Positions 60,921-64,000 of a stretch of DNA of 64,000 bases are shown here, piece by piece (positions within the stretch are counted from its first letter, which is position 1; every line of letters starts with the position of its first letter). This DNA comes from Neoconidiobolus thromboides FSU 785 (taxonomy: Eukaryota > Fungi > Entomophthoromycota). The position numbers and the translations under genes are program-made. The stretch is from the NCBI GenBank assembly GCA_025603075.1, contig MU626311.1, forward strand, positions 52,840-116,839. Direction: 5' to 3'. The notes under the pieces were generated by a model. The model was not told the origin of the DNA, searched no databases, and worked only from the letters and a program-made list of their open reading frames with translations.

Positions 60921-62405
60921 CACTAAATGCTTGAAAAAATTCTGTCTCATCAGGTTATAATCCAATCAATTTTATGCGAATTGGACGAGTTTCTTTTGAA
61001 GCCCAGTGTTTGTAAGATTAATTTGATCTAACTGTATGAGTGATGTTATGATTATTGATCTACAAAAATTTGGCAGGCATTGTTTGTCTACTGTACTCAA
61101 GTGATTAAATTTAAAAAGGTATTTACGTATATTTATTATTTATAATTATTATTCAACGTTATTCCTAGTAACATCATATGTATTTAATAAAATGAAAGGG
61201 AATACAGCTTTTAATTATCATTTGATTGATATAACGCTGTAATAATTCATCAAAATTTTTACGTTAAACTAAAGTTATACTACTGTCAAAAAATAAACAA
61301 AACACTTGGCATTTATGCTTTGAGATACAAAATAAATAAGTTAAAATAAAAATAAGAATATTTCAAAAGATCTTGAATCCTAACGTCTACATATTATCAT
61401 TTATTTAAATATAAAAGAAAATAAAGGAATGGACAGTATATAAAGGGGTACCTAAAATAGAACTTGATGAGAATTCTTTTAAACCCTATCAAAAAACATC
61501 AATCAAAAGGTTCAATTTTATTCTTTATTTTCATCAAATGGTTTTTTCTTCTTCAGTAGACTTTTTAGTAATTTTATATTTTAGGCAAATAACTTTTTTA
61601 AAGTCAATAAATTGTTTTACAGCTGTTGCAGCTCTATTGCGACCTAATTAGCGATAACTTCTAGAACCTATTGTTTATTTGAATTTTACTGAGGTCAAGT
61701 TTAACTATAGTTTGATTTTATTAAAATTTATTCTTATATGAGTAGTAAATTAAGTTGTAATAGAGCTATAATAGTGGAATCCTAACAGCGAATTCAAAGC
61801 TACTTTGTGAGAAACTCCGCCATGTAAAGTAGTATGGTGGTTATTTTTAATTGCAATAAACTATTTGTAATATGTTCTATTACATATATAACACTTCAAT
61901 TTAATTATTAATAATTAGTTACTAAAAGCAAGCGATTTGTTATTTAACCAAATTATATTTATGAGCATAAAACTAAAGCATACAAACCATTTCTTAATTT
62001 CATAACAGCAAGTCATTAAATAATTGTAATGTAGAGCTTTGGGTATACTTTGAAATAAGGAAATAATAACTTTATTGAATAAAAGGAATTAGAATGTAAA
62101 CTTAAGTTTAAGTTTTGTAAATTTACAAAAGGTTAACTAGAATTCCAGATTTTAACTCGGCAAAATTTTCAGTAAGAATTGACTAATAACGACTTCATTT
62201 TAATACATTTACTATAAAAGGCTACTTTACAAACAAAATTTTGTGGAACAATAACAAAATGAGGTAACTAGTAATTTAAATATTTAATGGCATTGGAAAA
62301 AAGTAATATAAAATCAATTAGTTACAAATTTTATCCTGCACTTTTTTTAATTATTTATTTATTCATTATACATATTATATTCATATTCCAAAATTTACAA
62401 ATCAA

Positions 62406-63254
62406 ATGCTACAAGCCACTAACACCTTAAATATGAATGAATTATTAAATGATATTTATGAAGACACAATCGCTATCCCACCACCGCCATATACCCCAAT
62501 TGCAAACCCTGAATTTGAAGCAGCAGTCGAGTTCGGACCCAATAGAATAGAAAGTATTGCGAGGCGGTGTGAGGTACGGGAATTAAGAAGAAGATATCTA
62601 TTACATATATCGCCACCATTGATATCCGATTTTATATTACCCAACTTTCATGCAATCAATCACTACAAACTAAATTTCAAAAAGAACAGCCATTTATTAT
62701 ACTGCTTAATAAGCTTAGGGGAGAGTGATAATAAAGAGCTAAGAGTGCGATATTCCCACTTAAATGTCAGTTTAGAACATATTCAATCCCATCGCACTTT
62801 AGGAGAAATTAATACCAATAATGGGGCTTCTACTTCAACTACGGTGTTATCCCACGATATCCAATTTACTATTCCTTCTTACCCCAGTGACGTCAAAAGT
62901 AGAGCCCAGTTTACTTCATATCAAGATCAGTTTCTATTAACGATTGAAGAAGAGCTACAGTTTATAAGGTATAAATGGAAAAGAAATAACGATGGGTATA
63001 GGTTGTATAGAAAAACACCATTGATACCTTCAAACGCTTTACCAACTAACCCTTTGAGCAGGAGTAGTTCGAAATATGATCGTTTGATTGCTACATTGTC
63101 CTTTTCAAGTAATGGTGAAGAAAACCAGGCCACCTTGCATTTCCCTACGTTGCAGTCTAATGTTAATACCCTCAATTTTATCATTACGGCAGCTTATCTG
63201 TTGAGATATGTTAAAAATCTCAATGGTAATAATATTAGTAGTAATAATAATTGA
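62406..63254 (+). CDS. Uncharacterised intronless 282-aa protein with N-terminal PPxY motif
   Basis: 849-nt ORF with higher GC than its flanks; PPPPY motif; the C-half pattern (YKWK...LY...LIATLSF...ATLHF...NFIITAAYL) suggests a tubby-C/scramblase-like barrel. Confidence 0.7.
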   Translation: MLQATNTLNMNELLNDIYEDTIAIPPPPYTPIANPEFEAAVEFGPNRIESIARRCEVRELRRRYLLHISPPLISDFILPNFHAINHYKLNFKKNSHLLYCLISLGESDNKELRVRYSHLNVSLEHIQSHRTLGEINTNNGASTSTTVLSHDIQFTIPSYPSDVKSRAQFTSYQDQFLLTIEEELQFIRYKWKRNNDGYRLYRKTPLIPSNALPTNPLSRSSSKYDRLIATLSFSSNGEENQATLHFPTLQSNVNTLNFIITAAYLLRYVKNLNGNNISSNNN

Positions 63255-63510
63255 AAACAAAATTGTGATTTTATGTTAAATAAAAAGACTTCATATTTAA
63301 CCATTTGCCTTTATATCTATTATTTCGATTTTAACAAAAAATAAACCAAAACTTATGTTAAAGTAATAAACAAAAAACTTGAGCAAATAAAAACTAAGGA
63401 GTGAAATCAATAAACAAAAAATGGAGAAACTAAAAGCTAAACTATTTTTTTAAGCCACTTTTAATTAAACTCTTCTTAAGATATAACTCAACTAAAAGAA
63501 AATAAGGAAA

Positions 63511-64000
63511 ATGGAAGGCTGCATGTTCAATATTAATGATGGTTATTTAGAAGCCATAATACGCGGTTATCGTTCCAATATAATTACCAATTCCAACTAT
63601 ATGAATTTAACTCAATGTGAGAATTTAGAAGGTAAGCTAGTAAATTTGAAACAAAAATTAAATTAAAATTAAAATACTGAATTTAAAAGATCTCAAAGTC
63701 CAGTTAGGAGCCACAGATTATGGTACTTTAATTCAAAATGAAGCTTCACCCATAGCCACATCCACCATCTCTGAAAAATGTACTGAAAAACTAGTAGAAG
63801 AATACAAATATATTCGTTCTCAAGCTAGTGGCGACTTGTTGCAGTTCTTAGATTATATTAGGTAATTTTAGTAGCTATTGTTATTAGTTTACTCTAACTT
63901 TGCTTGTTTTTTAGTTACGGTTACATGATTGACAACGTCATCTTATTAATCACTGGTACTTTACATGAACGTGATACCAACGAGCTGATTGAGCGCTGTC
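63511..64000 (+). CDS. VMA6: V-type ATPase V0 subunit d, 5' part; continues past the window
   Basis: [17 protein letters not shown]...[23 protein letters not shown]...[34 protein letters not shown]. Confidence 0.97.

Noticed and set aside
60870-61090. Minus-strand fragments IFVDQ...HWASKETRP...FFQAFSAQG reminiscent of an IS630/Tc1 DDE domain
   Set aside because: They need frameshifts and overlap the mariner TIR-like end; similarity is too weak to call by eye.

Overview
Very AT-rich eukaryotic DNA with many short (~45-120 nt) GT-AG introns. The gene set points to an early-diverging, non-Dikarya fungus (inference: Zoopagomycota, Conidiobolus-like): ERMES subunit Mdm10, kexin, Cbp3 and a fungal TF-type domain occur together with B12-dependent methylmalonyl-CoA mutase and KDEL calreticulin. 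I could assemble 23 protein-coding genes (two cut by the window edges; SRP9 and COX7C are absent from the ORF track) and two tRNAs (Ser-GCT, Gly-TCC). Highlights: (1) an intronless 1313-aa fatty acyl-CoA reductase fused to a GPAT/DHAPAT-type acyltransferase (FARAT-like), whose acyltransferase half keeps HX4D but has lost other motifs; (2) a ~98-bp MITE family with 16 intergenic copies, GGGG...CCCC ends and copy-specific 4-bp target duplications, including one copy turned into a palindrome and one decayed copy enclosed by perfect 47-bp inverted arms; (3) several proteins with unusual architecture (tandem CAP protein, TopBP1-like protein with only three BRCTs, LRRC58-like protein, TF-domain protein without a Zn cluster); (4) decayed gag, mariner and Tc1 relics. 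All exon structures and family calls are by eye; no database searches were run.
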